Below the pieces are notes generated by a model. The model was not told the origin of the DNA, searched no databases, and saw only the letters and a list, made by a program, of their open reading frames with translations. A stretch of 64,000 nucleotides of DNA from Fonticula alba ATCC 38817 (Eukaryota > Protista > Nucleariida), in assembly GCA_000388065.2 (NCBI GenBank), contig KB932201.1, one strand, 5' to 3'. This document shows, one piece after another, positions 14,297 through 27,475 of the stretch (positions are counted from its first letter, which is position 1; the number at the start of each line of letters is the position of its first letter). The position numbers were made by a program, and so were the translations under genes.

Positions 14297-15641
14297 TTAC
14301 ACCTGGGAGGCGGCGGCGGACTTGGCAGCCGAAGCGATGGCAGCCTGGCCAGCCTCAGACTCGACCACCTCGCGACCAGCACGAGCCATGGTGACGCCCT
14401 TCCGGCGATAGTGCAGGATGACCTGGAGGCGAGAAGTAAGAGGTGGAGGCGGGGTCAGCAGGGTGGAGGACACAGGCCTTGTAGGGCAAAATGAGAATGG
14501 CAGGAAGAGATGGGCGATGAGCATGTCCCTCCACATGTCGACAAACGCACGTCCTTGATCTGCCAGACAAGGAAGAGGCAGAGCAAAACCCAGAAGCCAG
14601 CGGCGATCAGCATGATGATAGAAGCGACGAGGTTCTTGCTCAGGACGCCGAGAGCATTAATAAAGCCACTGCATATGTGTGTGTGTGTGTGTGTGTCAGT
14701 AGAGGCGGGCGCGGGAGAATATTTGGGGGCTTGTTTCATGCACCCGGGGTGGTGGTAGTGGTGGGGATGGTAAACACGCACGATGAGCCGGTGTTCGGAA
14801 TGCCAATGGCAAGAATGATGGCCGTCAAGATGTGGAAGGAGTAGGTGAAGATGAAGACGAAGTAGAGGATTGACTTGTTCTTGCTGCGATTGCCGGCCGA
14901 AAGAGGCCATAGATCCACGTGGGGAGGAAGGAGGGTCAGAAATGTGCCTCGCATCGCCGATTGTTTAGGGGATATCCTCGGGGGCTTTTTTTTTTGGCCT
15001 TCAACACGCACCGGACGGCCTTGTAGAAGGGGCGATACCAAAAGACGAAGGAGACAACCGGCAGAATGATACAAAGAACGAGAGAGATACCGAAATCAAC
15101 GCCACTGCGAGGGGGGGGGGGGGAAGGAGGACGAGGTTAGAGCGGGCCGAGTGGCGGTTGGAAAAGAAAGGGAAACGGCAGGACGAGCGTCCGAAGGTCA
15201 TACCCGCCGGAGTTGGAAGCCAGGCGGGCAAGACAGCCGACAACATTCAGCAGGAGAACCGCGCAGGTTACTGTCCCCGCCCATGTTATGGTAAAATCGG
15301 CACACACGGAGACACACGCAGGCGCGCGGACGTGCGCGTGCAGGTGGATGTACACATGGATGCACAGCGATGGCCATACGGAAGTCAGCAAGTGGCAAAG
15401 AGGGCAAGGTATGGCCGAAGCAGACAAGGATAGCCTCACAGTCGATGGGGTAAGCACATACGCATCCAAGAAAAATAGACCCGCTTAACCAGGGTTCGGC
15501 CATCCTCCGGGATGTCAACCTGAATGTTGTGGTAGATGAGCGGCTTGAGGGGCCGAGGGGGCCAGTTGGGCTGGCGGTTGAGCTTTGGAGCGACCACCTG
15601 CTCAGCCTCGCCAAGCTGTGTGACAGATGCCCGCACGCGTG

Positions 15642-15676
<35 letters not shown>

Positions 15677-16330
15677 CGGAGAGAGGGAGAGAGCGTGCGC
15701 GTGCGAAGAAAAGCGACGCAGGTCCAGCCGAGTTAGGGGGTGGAGAGGGGGGACAAGGAGGGATGGCAAAAGACGGCAATGGATGCGTGAATGTGCATGC
15801 GCCAAGGATGGAGCGGACAGGGAACTTACCTTGAGTGAGCGGTACTCGAGCTGATTCTCGCGACGCTGGAGATCGCGCTCGCGCTCCTCAAGGCGGCGCT
15901 CACGTTCTTCAAGGCTGCCCATGGCCTACATAGGAGGAGGAGAGAGGGGGAGAAAGGGGAGGAAGGAGAGTGCTGTTAGAGGGTCCATCGGCATGGGGAG
16001 AGATTGAGGCATGCGTGGGGAATATGCAAACGCACCATGGAGTTGCCCCCGCCATAAGCGGAGGAGTCATTGTAATCGCTGTATTGCTGTGTCCATGAGT
16101 TGCCATTTTGAACGGCAGTGTGTATGTACGTGGTTGCGAGCGTAGGTCAGTGCCGGAATGGCCGGGAGGAGGGTGGGTTTTGTCGCTCGAACAGGCAGAT
16201 GCCGGTGCCTTGTATTATGGGGGGGGGGGGGATGGGACGCGATCCGTGTGGCGGCACAAGTGTCATCTTGATTGGGCCGTACCTCTCCAGAGTCGCCATA
16301 GGCGGAGACATCGCGGAAGGGGTTTGACAT
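14297..16330 (-). CDS. SCAMP: Secretory carrier membrane protein (SCAMP), multi-exon
   Basis: MSNPF start, coiled coil LEERERRLEERERDLQRRE, NWPP..KPLIYHNIQVDIP, four hydrophobic segments. The exon 2 boundary is uncertain. Confidence 0.85.
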
Positions 16331-16904
16331 GGTTTTCGGGGTGGGGGGAGGGAGCGAGGGGAAGGGAGGGAGTACTGTCCGGGTGAAAGCGGTCAGCAGG
16401 CGATCCTACCGTATGAGCTGAAGAAAGGGGGGGGGGAGGGCAGAGGGCACACACGATTTCCGGGAGAGAGGGGACGCGCTGACTTCGTGAAATGGAGCAA
16501 AAGGCAGGGAGAGGGAGGAGACAGGAGGGAGGTGGAAGGCGCAGGATGGAGATCAGCACCAGAGGCCGTGAGGTGGTGCCCTGGCCGAAGAACGGGCCCC
16601 TCAGGCCGCATCTCGATGGTGTGGCCTCGAATGGTCACCAGGCCATGTTGTTGGGGATGGAAGATCGGGCACTTCCGGCGCCCCCTCGTATTCCCGTGCC
16701 CCCCCCGCCCTGCCAGCCACCGCTCCTGGCCGCCGGCCGACCCCGCCCCACTGGCTCCAGACCGCCCCATGCCCGAGTCTTGAAGTCGTGGAACACTGCC
16801 TGCAGGGGATCCTGGGACAAGTGGGACCGCGGACCAGCTGGTTAAACCAATTCAGGGGGAAGGCAAGCGGGGGCACTGCGCGGAAAATGGACTCTAGGCT
16901 CGGG

Positions 16905-17107
16905 NNNNNNNNNNNNNNNNNNNNNNNNNNNNNNNNNNNNNNNNNNNNNNNNNNNNNNNNNNNNNNNNNNNNNNNNNNNNNNNNNNNNNNNNNNNNNNNN
17001 NNNNNNNNNNNNNNNNNNNNNNNNNNNNNNNNNNNNNNNNNNNNNNNNNNNNNNNNNNNNNNNNNNNNNNNNNNNNNNNNNNNNNNNNNNNNNNNNNNNN
17101 NNNNNNN
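16905..17107. other. Assembly gap (other N-gaps at ~1528, 27188, 36732, 38525, 39868, 46182, 52726, 58935)
   Basis: Runs of N. Confidence 0.99.
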
Positions 17108-17818
17108 CGTGACCCATCAGGAGGGGGATGTTCTTGTTGGCGGGGGGGCCGTTGACCCCGGGGCCAAGATCCCTGCCCCTTTCGGGGGGCGCCTTGCCGG
17201 GGAAACTAGCGCCCGCCCCGACCGCTCACGGGCCTCCTCCTGTGGGGAGGGGGTCCTTGAAAGGGACAAAGAGACAGAGGGGAAAAGGCCTTCGCCAACG
17301 TCATCCGACCTATCTTTATCGGCTTGCTGACCCGTGGGAGAGATTGGGCGCCCTGCGCCGGCTGCCGGGGCGTCGTTACTTGAACCTGAGAAGCCATCGT
17401 GGCCGGGGGGGGGGGGGGGGGGTTGTCTCAGCCCACGGCGGTCAACGGGCAAATGGGTCTGCACTGTTGGAGCGTGCTCGCCTGGTATTCCGCCCTCCCC
17501 GCCCCCCCCCCATAAGTTGAGCAGGCTGTTCGCTCCCGCGACCTGCGGCCTCTGTCCGCCGCCGCTGCCCCCAGGGGGCCCCTTCTCGCTTCTTTAACCA
17601 ACGTACGAGGCATTCCGCGCCAAGGGGCCGGAAGGAGGGCGGGTGTGTGTGTGGGGGGGGGGGGGGGGGAAACGCCTTACCTCGAAGTTCTGAAGCCGCG
17701 GCTCATTCGGGGGCGGTGCAGGCCAATTTTGACTCCGTCGAGGGTCACAAGCTGCGATCTCCGAGCGCTCTAAACTTGAGGGTATTTTTGTCCAACCATC
17801 CCCCTCCAAGATAAGGAA

Positions 17819-17892
17819 GGCCCCATAGCTCAGTTGGTTAGAGCGTCGTGCTAATAACGCGAAGGTCGTCAGTTCGATCCTGGCTGGGGCCA
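17819..17892 (+). tRNA. tRNA-Ile (anticodon AAT)
   Basis: GGCCCCA/TGGGGCC acceptor stem, TAGCTCAGTTGGTTAGAGC D arm, TCGTG-CTAATAA-CGCGA anticodon arm, GTTCGATCC T loop, discriminator A. Confidence 0.97.
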
Positions 17893-17896
17893 TTGC

Positions 17897-17901
17897 TTTT
17901 T
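17897..17901 (+). terminator. Pol III terminator (T5) of the tRNA-Ile gene
   Basis: TTTTT begins 5 nt after the discriminator base. Confidence 0.75.
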
Positions 17902-18253
17902 GGACCCTCCTCTTCCTCGTGGTACCCTTCCTCCACACATGCATGTCTTTATATCCAGGGCGGGGGGGGGGGGGGGCGGGGCAGACTGGCGATACGACAA
18001 CCTGGGAGCGGTCAAACAGAAAAGCGCATGGGCACATGGACGCATGGGCGGGGGCCGGGAGGATGTCGGGGTTTACCGGATGGTCGTGTAGGTGTCCCCC
18101 TTCCGACTTGCCCCGCTGGCAAGGCAGGGCCTGCCCTTTTTTTCGGTGCCACCCGACCAGCTGGGCGTCGGCCTCTCGCAAAGCGCTCCCTCCCCCCCTC
18201 TTTCGCGCCCCCTCCCTTTGACCTCCTCCTCCTCCCCCCCCCATCTCGTGACG

Positions 18254-19653
18254 ATGTCCGCCTCTGAGGCGATCGTCCCTGCTGGCGGCGCCGAGGCCAC
18301 CGCCTCCGGCACCCTGGCTGCCCTCCCTCAGAAGAAGAACTTCCGCCAGCGCGCCCACAGCAACCCCTACGCCGACCACCTGCTCGAGTAGTGTGTCCCT
18401 TTTCCGCCTCGCCGCCCTCCCCCCCCCCCCCGACCCCCCCCACCCACAAAAAAATGCCCCCTGCTGCCCCTCCCATCTTTCCCCCCCCCCCCCCCCTCCG
18501 GTCTTTGTCCTTCCTCCTCTTCCGCCCCTCATGCTTCTGGTCCACCCCTCTCACACCATTTGCCTTTCCCTCCCCCCTCCCCAGTCCCACTTCGCATACC
18601 GAGATGAACTGGAATGAATTCTTCCCCGCCTACTTCAAGGAGGACGGTACCCCGGTCTACCCGGACTCGGACGTCAGCTCTGTCCGCTTCCTGGACGTTG
18701 GTTGCGGCTATGGTGGCCTTACAGTGTCCATGTCCAAGCTCTATCCCGATCGCCTGACTCTGGGCATGGAGATCCGTGTCAAGGTGAGCAGCTACGTGCA
18801 TGAGAAGATCCAGGCCCTTCGTCAGCATGGCGCCGCGGCCGCCACCCCGGAGCAGCTCGCTGCCGGCAAGCCGACCCTCTATCAGAATGCCTCCGTCATG
18901 CGGGCCAACACCATGAAGCACCTCACCCGCTTCTTCGGCCGTGGCCAGCTTGAGAAGATCTTCTTCCTCTTCCCGGACCCGCACTTCAAGCGCGCCAAGC
19001 ACAAGTGGCGTATTATCAGGTTCGCACTGGCCATGGCGCCCTTCTCTCCTCTCACTCGCCCTGCCCCTCTCCCTCATGCTAACTACCCTCCTTTGGCCGC
19101 GTTCTTGGCGCTTCTCCTGCGTAGCCCTGCTCTGCTTGACGAGTATGCCTATGTTCTTCGGCCAGGCGGTATTGTGTACACCATCTCCGATGTGCTTGTC
19201 CTCCACCGCTGGATGGACAGCCACCTGGAGGCGCACCCCATGTTCGAGCGTGTGTCCGAGGAGGAAATCGTGCGTCATGCCATAGTTTCGTCCCTGCTGC
19301 TCCTCCCATCTTTCTCTCCTCCCCCCCCCCTCCTTCTATCCCTTGATCGAGTTGGAACTTACCCTCTCGCAATATCCCCCCCTCCCCTCCCCTCGTCCAT
19401 GGACCTGTAGGAAAACGACCCTGCCATCTACCTGGTGAAGAACAGCTCGGAGGAGGCGCAGCGTGTCGACCGCAATGGCGGCCGCAAGTTCCTGGCCATC
19501 TTCCGCCGCATCGTCGATCCCGATGAGCGCAACCCCCTGCCGCCCTTCACCCCGGCTGTGGCTGCTTGCACTCCGGTTGAGGCCCTCCAGATTCCAGTCA
19601 CCGCTGTCGAGGCCATCGAGGCCGACGACGAGCCGGAGCCGGAGCAGGAGTAA
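18254..19653 (+). CDS. TRM8: tRNA (guanine-N7)-methyltransferase catalytic subunit, 4 exons
   Basis: PQKKNFRQRAHSNPYADHLLEY|PTSHTEMNW, FLDVGCGYGGL, LGMEIRVKV, LEKIFFLFPDPHFKRAKHKWRII, DEYAYVLRPGG, TDV-like ISDV.LHRWM, EEAQRVDRNGG. Confidence 0.96.
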
Positions 19654-20180
19654 CGCACAAGACGCTCCTCCCCTCTTCTTGGGGGTCTCTTCTCTTCCTC
19701 TGCCCAATGAAGAGCGAGTGTGGCATGCATGCACGCACGCACGCACGCACACACGCACGCACACACACACATATACACACACACACACACAGACATATAC
19801 ACACATATATGTACTTAAGCACATGTATATGAGTCACATCATCCCCGACCAGTCAGCCTAATTGTTCACTTCCCCCTTGCCTCTCACATCCATAAATATA
19901 CGCCCTATAGAGCCGCACACCCATGCGCGCCGTGCGGCACGCAACCTCAGCTCCAAGGAGTCCCTCCCTCCAACAATGAGTTTGGTTTTGTGATGTGCAT
20001 TGCGCTGCGGTCAAAAACCTCCCGCGCCCTCCACAAAGGGAAGAGGATGCCGATGTACCCCTGCATGGATGATATGTTCGAGAGAGGGAGAGAGGGGGGG
20101 GGGGGGACTAAAAGTACAGTGGGCGCGAAGTGGGAGGAGGCACATACAGGCGGACAAAAGGGCACCAGGGAGCCACGAGC

Positions 20181-21897
20181 CTACTTGGAGCGGATGTGCT
20201 CGAGGAGGAAGTCACGGACGTCCAGCATCTCGGTATTGCACATGCTGTGACCCATGCCGGGGTAGACCTTGAACGTGGAGTTCTTCATGCCGATCTCCTG
20301 TGCACGGGAAAGCGAAATGGCAATCGGAGGGAGTCGGTCAGCCAGCGCATTAAATGTGGAGCGGACGGCCGGCGATCAAGGCGGTCATGCGTACCTGCAG
20401 GCGATCGAAGGACTGCTTGGCCCGAGAGAAGGGAATGACATTGTCGCTGGTGCCGTGACCCATCAGGAGGGGGATGTTCTTGTTGGCGGGCGAGGGCTGC
20501 CAGGAGAGCAGGCGGGGGTGGTGTGTGCGCGTGGGGGCGCGTGCGTGCGCGTCAGTGGACAAGAGCAACACCGTCATTGCATAGCCGGAGGAGGGAGAGA
20601 CGAACGGCGCACCTCAGTGATGCGGCTGGAAAGGGGCATGTACGCCGAGAGAACCACCAGGGCGCCATACTCGATCTCGGAGGTGAGGGCGATGTACGTC
20701 GACAGGGCACCACCCTGGCTGAAGCCAGCCAGCACGGTGCGCTTGAGGTCGCCATTGGGAGCATGCGCACGGGCGAGCTGCTCGACTGCGGGAAATGCAC
20801 GACAGTCAGCGATGCCATTGCGGGGGCAAATGCCGGCAACAGCAGGAGCAAGGCAGCGGAGCCAAGAAAGAAGCAAGGGAAGGGGAGCAAGTACGCACTA
20901 TAGCGCTTAGACTCAATGTAGCCGGCCTCATCCTCGGGGCCAGGACCAAGCTGGGTGATATCATACCAGGCGGGCATGCTCATGCCGCCGTTGATGGACA
21001 CCGGGCGGTCGGGGCTAATCGGCGACAGGACACATGGTTAATGGTGTGAAGGGGGCCCCTCCCCCGGGCCGGACAGCAGGCAACAGCAGCACCAACGTAC
21101 GCGTGGGGCAGAATCCACTTGGCTTCGGGGATCTCGTTGCTGATGATGCGAGCAAAGTCGATCCAGCCGTGGCCAGAGTCGCCAAGGCCTGGTGGGCAAG
21201 GGCGGGTCAGTGATCGAGCACAGGTGTGCACGGGGGGGGGGGGACAAAAATCAGCAAACATCCCAGCACGATGACCAGATGCCATCAAGCGAGGGGGGGG
21301 GATGGAGATGGACAGAGGGAGAGAGAGAGAGAGAGGGAAGGTGGAATGCAGGCCGCATGCTTACCATGAGAAAGGATGATGGTTGCCTTGTGGTCGCCAC
21401 GAGGCTCAATGACAAGGGGGGTGGAGTACTTCATGGCAGCGGCGGCGGCGCTGGCAGTTGGGGGGGCAGTGGAGGTTAGCGGGGCCGATGGCAGGACGGG
21501 GGAGCCGGACGACGGGCGGTGCGGGGTCGGCATTGACTGCGAGGGTGTGTGTGGCGGCGAGGGAGGCGGGGCCGGGGGGAGTGATGGTGCAGCGGTGAAG
21601 AGCTGCGAGGCGATCGCCAGGACGGCCACCGCGGCAGCGACGGCCAGTGGGAGAAGCCAGCTGCCGGGGAGGCTGGGACGCAGGGTGAGCCGGGAGGGCA
21701 GGGGGGGGGGGGGGGAGGAGATAGCACAATGATGGGGGCTCATGTGCGTGTGTAAACATGTTCGTGGCGGAGATCGGACGGCGGTACATCCAAGCTCGTA
21801 CAGGAGGGGGGAGGCTAGGGAGGAATGGGGGCTGGAGAAGGGCCGGGCGAACGCACTTGGAGAGAGAGGAGAAGGAGCGGCGAATTGCGGCAGCCAT
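20181..21897 (-). CDS. LYPLA1: Acyl-protein thioesterase / lysophospholipase (APT1 family) with an N-terminal extension; a second in-frame ATG is at 21434
   Basis: ATIILSHGLGDSGHGW, VSINGGMSMPAWYDI, VLAGFSQGGA, LMGHGTSDNVIP, KVYPGMGHS. Upstream exon MAAAIRRSFSSLS splices in frame. The upstream start is less certain than the catalytic domain. Confidence 0.9.
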
Positions 21898-23095
21898 ATG
21901 GGGGAGAAGGGAGAGAGAGTCTGGCACGAGGGAACGGCCGGAGGAGGAGGAGGGGTGCGGTACGATAGGAGGCCTGTGCTTGCCGGGGTGGATGTTAAAT
22001 CCGTGTGGAGGTGAGAGGACGAAATCCTTACGTTTCTCTTGCGGGGTGGGGGGGGGGGGGGGGACCAGCGGTCCGGCAGGAGACAGGGGCAGGCCCTTTT
22101 TACGCCAGGGGAGATCGAGTTGCCACCTGACCCGCGGGCCTGCAATGTGGGCTTACCCCGGTGGCGCCTGGGACGTGCGTGTGCATGTCCTCGACCCGGA
22201 CCAGACTCCCCCCCTCACCACCACCCCTGGCGGCGGCCCCGCCGTGAGAGGGAGGGCCCGGTCGCGGATTAATCTGGCCCCATGAGCAGCCCACGACCAA
22301 CCGGACATAAACTGCCGCCGGGGCGCGAACCCCGGAAGAGGGTGCGAGATAAACACACCCACACACACCCACACACACCCACACACATACCAACCGATGG
22401 CTCTGGCTGGGCCCTCGCCCCGCGATTGGCGCTGGCCATGGTCGCCCCCCGAGAACGTTCTCCTGGCGCGCGTCGTACGCACAATTTGAGACCAATCCGA
22501 AGAGTGCGATCTGGGTCGAGAGCCGGCAGCCGACATTGGTCATGCTCAAACACCAGCATACTGGAATGCATCCATAGAATGCTGTTCCGGGAACGAGTCG
22601 CACCCATGATGATGGCATGTGATGACCATTCGGCGGGCTCCGGTTCAGGCACTCCAAATGTCGCTGTGTATTCCGAGCGCCGGGATCTAGTCACAGGGCT
22701 GATCGGCGGCAAGGGGGGCTGGCATGAGCGCCCCGCCGCGGAGAAGACATCCGAGCCGAGTGTCAACGCAACAGCAAGTATAGACGCCAGCCCAGACCCC
22801 TGCCCGGGGGTCCAAAGTTCCGGGCTCCATGCCTGGCTGCTGTCAAGGCGCGCGCGCGCGCGCACGCGCCGCGCCTCCCCCTCCCTCCATCGTCCCACCA
22901 TTCGAAGGACCTTGCTTCCGTCCGGCAGGGCGGACGACCTTTTCACATTGCAGCCCGGAACCCATTCAGCAGACCCACGCCAGTCTCTCCTCTTGGCAGC
23001 ACTCCCGCGCCCCCCCCCCCCCCTCAATCGCTTTGCCACTTCCTCCTCCCCCATTGCCCGCCACGTGCCCCCCCCCCCCGGGGTCGGCCGCCTCA

Positions 23096-24344
23096 ATGGC
23101 CATCACCAACAGCACGCAGATTCGCCTGCCCACTCACATCAAGCCGGAGCACTATGGTGCGAAACTGCTCATACATATATTTCCATAGCTCCCTCTTCTC
23201 CCAGCCCGCATATTGGCCTTGCTCACTCATCCTGCTCGTGCCGGGCTCCTCTTTCTGCCTCCAATGCCCTGCCCCCTCCGCCGGCCGGAACACAGATGTC
23301 TTCATCAAGCCCGATCTCAAGGACTTTGTCTTCTCCGGCACGGTGTCCATCCTGGTGGATGTGACCCAGACCTCCGAGGAGATCTGCCTGCACTCATTGG
23401 AGCTTGAGGTGACCGATGTCACCCTGGCCGCGGTGTCTGGCGAGGCCCTCCCCGCGCCGGCCAGCATGACCTCCAGCCCGGACTTCGACTTCCTGCACCT
23501 GCGCTGGGCCGCCCCCCTGCCGGCTGGCAAGTACCTGCTGGGCATGAAGTTTGCCGGCAAACTGACCGACCAGATGGCCGGGCTCTATCGCAGCGAGTAC
23601 AAGTCCGCCTCCGGCGAGAAGCGCTACCTGGCCGTGACGCAGTTCGAGGCCACCGACGCCCGGCGTGCCTTCCCCTGCTGGGATGAGCCCTCTTTCAAGG
23701 CGACCTTCTCGGTGACGGTCGACGTGCCGGCCGACCTGGTGGCTCTGTCCAACATGCCGGTCACCGGGGAGAAGCCCTCCTCGACGGATGGCCGCAAGGT
23801 GGTGGCCTTTGACCGGTCCCCCCGCATGTCTACCTACCTGCTGGCCCTCTTTGTCGGGGAGGCCGAGTACGTGGAGGATGTCACTCGGGCCGGGGTTCCG
23901 GTGCGGGTGTACACCCCGATCGGCCTCAAGGACCAGGGCCTGTTCGGCCTGCAGGTGGCTCGTGACGCGCTGGACTTCTTTGCGGAGTTCTTCAGCACCC
24001 CCTATCCCCTGCCCAAGCTGGATTTGATCGCCGTGCCGGACTTCGCCGCCGGTGCCATGGAGAACTGGGGCCTGGTCACCTTCCGTGAAATTTATCTCCT
24101 GTGCCATGAGCAGCGGACCAGCGCTCGCGCGCGCCAGGAGCTGGCCTATGTGGTGTGCCATGAGCTTGCGCACATGTGGTTCGGCAACCTGGTCACCATG
24201 GACTGGTGGACGCACCTGTGGCTGAATGAGGGTGCGTCTTCATGCCTGCTCGGCTATCCGGGCGGCAATGTCCCTTTTTTTCTGTTTGCATTCGCGCTTC
24301 ATCCCCGCTCTCGAGCCTTGCCGCCCTTCCCGGCTCCTCATCCT

Positions 24345-24376
<32 letters not shown>

Positions 24377-25809
24377 CCGGCCCTGCGCTGACTCCGCGAA
24401 CACCCGCATCCCCTTTGTCTGTCATGGCGGTGGTCCATTCTCGCAACCTCGTGGGGGGAAAAAATGTCAAAAAAAACATCCAGGCTTCGCCACCTATGTC
24501 GGCTGGCTGGCTGTCGACAAGCTCTTCCCCGAGTGGGACATCTGGACGCAGTTCATGTTCACCGAGCAGGGCGAGGCCATGTCCATGGACGCCCTGCAGT
24601 CCTCCCACCCGGTGGAGGTCCCGGTCACCACCACGGCTCAGATCAACCAAATCTTCGACCCCATTTCCTACAGCAAGGGCGCCACTCTGATCCGCATGCT
24701 GGCCACGCACATGGGCCCGCAGGAGTTCCAGACCGGGCTGAGCCACTACATCAAGAAGGTACGCCGAGAGCCCGCGCTCCTTGCTGGGGTCTTCCCTCTG
24801 TCCCCCTTTCCGGCTCTCGGGCCAACATGCCTGGCGCTGCTGGCTACTTACTTCGCGGCCTCCCTCGACAATGTCTGCCTTGGCCCGCCGGCGGCCATTG
24901 CACTTGTCTTGCCTGCTGGCCGGCCCCCATGCAGTTCACCTATCAGAACACGGAGACCAACGACCTGTGGGAGGCCATGTCCACCGCGGTCAGCGGCCTG
25001 GATCTGACGTCCATGATGAACGATTGGATTCGCATCACCGGCTACCCGGTGGTGACGGTGACCCCGGGCGAGGCTGGTGCTCTCACGGTCCAGCAGGACC
25101 TGTATCTGGCCTCCGGTGCGGCGTCCGGCTGTGCCTCCCTCTGGACCATCCCGCTGCTGACGACGTCTCTTAATGCTCCGGGGCCGCTGCAGCAGCCGCA
25201 GCTGTACGCCAAGGGTCCCGTGCTGGCCGAGAAGACCCAGCCCCTGACGGGCACCGCCGCGCCCCCGATGAAGGTGCGCAGCTTGCCATGTCCCTTGCCC
25301 CTTCCTCTTCGCCTTGGGCTCCTCTCGGTCCTCCTGCATGCTCTGCCCCCTTTTGCCATATGCTCATGCGGTGCCCCCTTCGCCTTGCCTGTGCGCTCCC
25401 TCCCCTCCGGGCATTGCCACGCATTCGTGCGCATTCTCGCGACCAGCTCAACCGTGATGGTATTGGCTTCTACCGCGTCAACTATCACCCCACCCTGGTG
25501 GCCGGACTGATCAGTGCCATTGCTGAGAACCCCACCACCGCCTTCGCCCATGGTGACCTGGTCAACCTGGTGAAGGACTTCTTTGCCCTCGCTGCATCCG
25601 GGCACTCCTCCATCAAGCACTTCCTGGACCTGCTGCAGGCCCTCCGCGGCGCTTCGGTGGGCTTTGCTTGGGAGGCAATTGCTGCCACCCTGGGCGCTTT
25701 GCGGTACGTGAGAGTCCTATTTTCATTCCTTTTTCCCGTCCCCCCCGCTCAAGAGCCCACTCACTCTTCCTCGCTGTCTTTCCTCCCCCCCCCCCTCCCT
25801 TGGTGGACG

Positions 25810-25851
<42 letters not shown>

Positions 25852-26838
25852 TACACATACATGTGGACTCGCACATGCACAGCTCCCTGTGGTTCGAGCA
25901 GTCGCCCGAGGTGGTCGGCCATCTGAACCGCTTCGCGGCCGGCCTCTTTGGTCCGCACTCCGAGGCGGCGATCTGGGACACCGGCGTGTCGACCGCCGCC
26001 AAGGACCATATTGCCAACTGCCTTCGGTCGACCTTTGTGGCCAACGCCTGCCGCGCTGGCCACGAGTGGACTGTGGCCGAGGCACAGCGGCGCTTCTCCA
26101 GCCTGGTGAATGCCACCCCCGAGGCCGCGGCCAACAGCAACCCCGAGGTTCAGGCTGCCATCCTGGAGACTGGTGTGCGCCTGGGCGGCCTCCCCGAGTG
26201 GGAACAGACGCTGGCGTTCTTCCAGCGCGAGCAGGTTCCCGACCTGAAGGTCCGGGCCCTTTTCGCCCTGGGCCAGTCGGTGGACCCGGTGGCCATGGAC
26301 AAGAGTACGTGTAGACCCGCATGAGCCTGCTTCTTTTTTTTTTCTCTCTTTCCATCTGCCCCTCCTCCTGTTGCCCTTTGTCTTTGCATGCAGAAATACG
26401 CATGTACTCACATGGCGCCCTCCTCGGCTGTGCCCCGGCTCCTGCCCCCCCCGCCTCCCCCCTCCCCTGCCAGACTTTGAGCTCATCTTCAGTGGGTCCG
26501 TCCGGCTGCAGGATGTCTTCCACCTGATGCGGTCGCTGTCCTACAACCCGGTCACCCGCCGCCGGACGTGGGACTTCGTCCGCAACAACTGGGCCAAGTT
26601 CTATGAGATGTTCTCCCCGAGCGGCTTCCTCCTTGGGCGCATCGTCAGCAACAGCTGCGAGAGCCTCTCTACCCTGAAGGATGCCGAGGAGGTGAAGAGC
26701 TTCTTCGATGGCATCGACAAGAAGCAGTATGCCACCATCGATTCCAATGTCAAGCTGGCTGTTGAGGAGATCACCAACAATGCCAAGTGCATCGAGCGCA
26801 TTGCTGGCGACCTGAACGCCTGGCTGGCGGCCCAGTAA
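23096..26838 (+). CDS. APE2: M1 family zinc aminopeptidase (Ape2 / puromycin-sensitive type), multi-exon
   Basis: RLPTHIKPEHY, TQFEATDARRAFPCWDEP, GAMENWGL, VVCHELAHMWFGNLVTM..W..LWLNEG (HEXXH-18-E), FDPISYSKG, C-terminal ERAP1-like region. Confidence 0.96.
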
Positions 26839-27475
26839 GCCAATGGCTTCCTCTCGCCGCCCCTACTCCACTCCCATGAGCTTCTCTCTCCCTCTCTGTC
26901 CCTCTGTCTCTCCATGCGTCTCTCGGTCCCGCCCGTGGATTTCATCCACATCCTGTGGTGGCGCTTCGTCCGGGTGAACTTTCCTTCTGGTGTGATCCTT
27001 TGCTGCCCCTGCATAAGCACTTGCTCATGGCCAATGAACATCCCGCCTCCCTCGAACATTCCATTCTAAGCGATTTCGCCTGTCGCCACCTGCCATTCTT
27101 TTGTCCCTCCCTGCACATAGCCAGCTTACATCCTTCAGGTTGGGGGTTTATTTTCCGGCACTGGTAGGTGGGGAGGCGGAGGGGGGGNNNNNNNNNNNNN
27201 NNNNNNNNNNNNNNNNNNNNNNNNNNNNNNNNNNNNNNNNNNNNNNNNNNNNNNNGTGGAAAAGGAAGAGGGGCAAAGCATGTGGCCAAGCATGCAAAGT
27301 GGGAAAGGGGGAGGAGGGCAGGGGGCTGTGACCCTCTCTCTCTCAGAGGGGGGCACACACACAAGGACAGAGGGCAGAAAAGGGGAACAGAAGAGGGGAG
27401 GGGAGGAAGGGATGTGGGGATGATGGCCATGATGCACGCTATCGGATGCAGCGCCTCTCTTATCCTCGGTCGCAC

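Noticed and set aside
17108-17144. Exact 37-nt copy of an APT1 exon piece (20454-20490)
   Set aside because: It begins exactly at the edge of an N-gap about 3.3 kb from its source. This fits a contig-end or jumping-library chimera rather than a real duplication.
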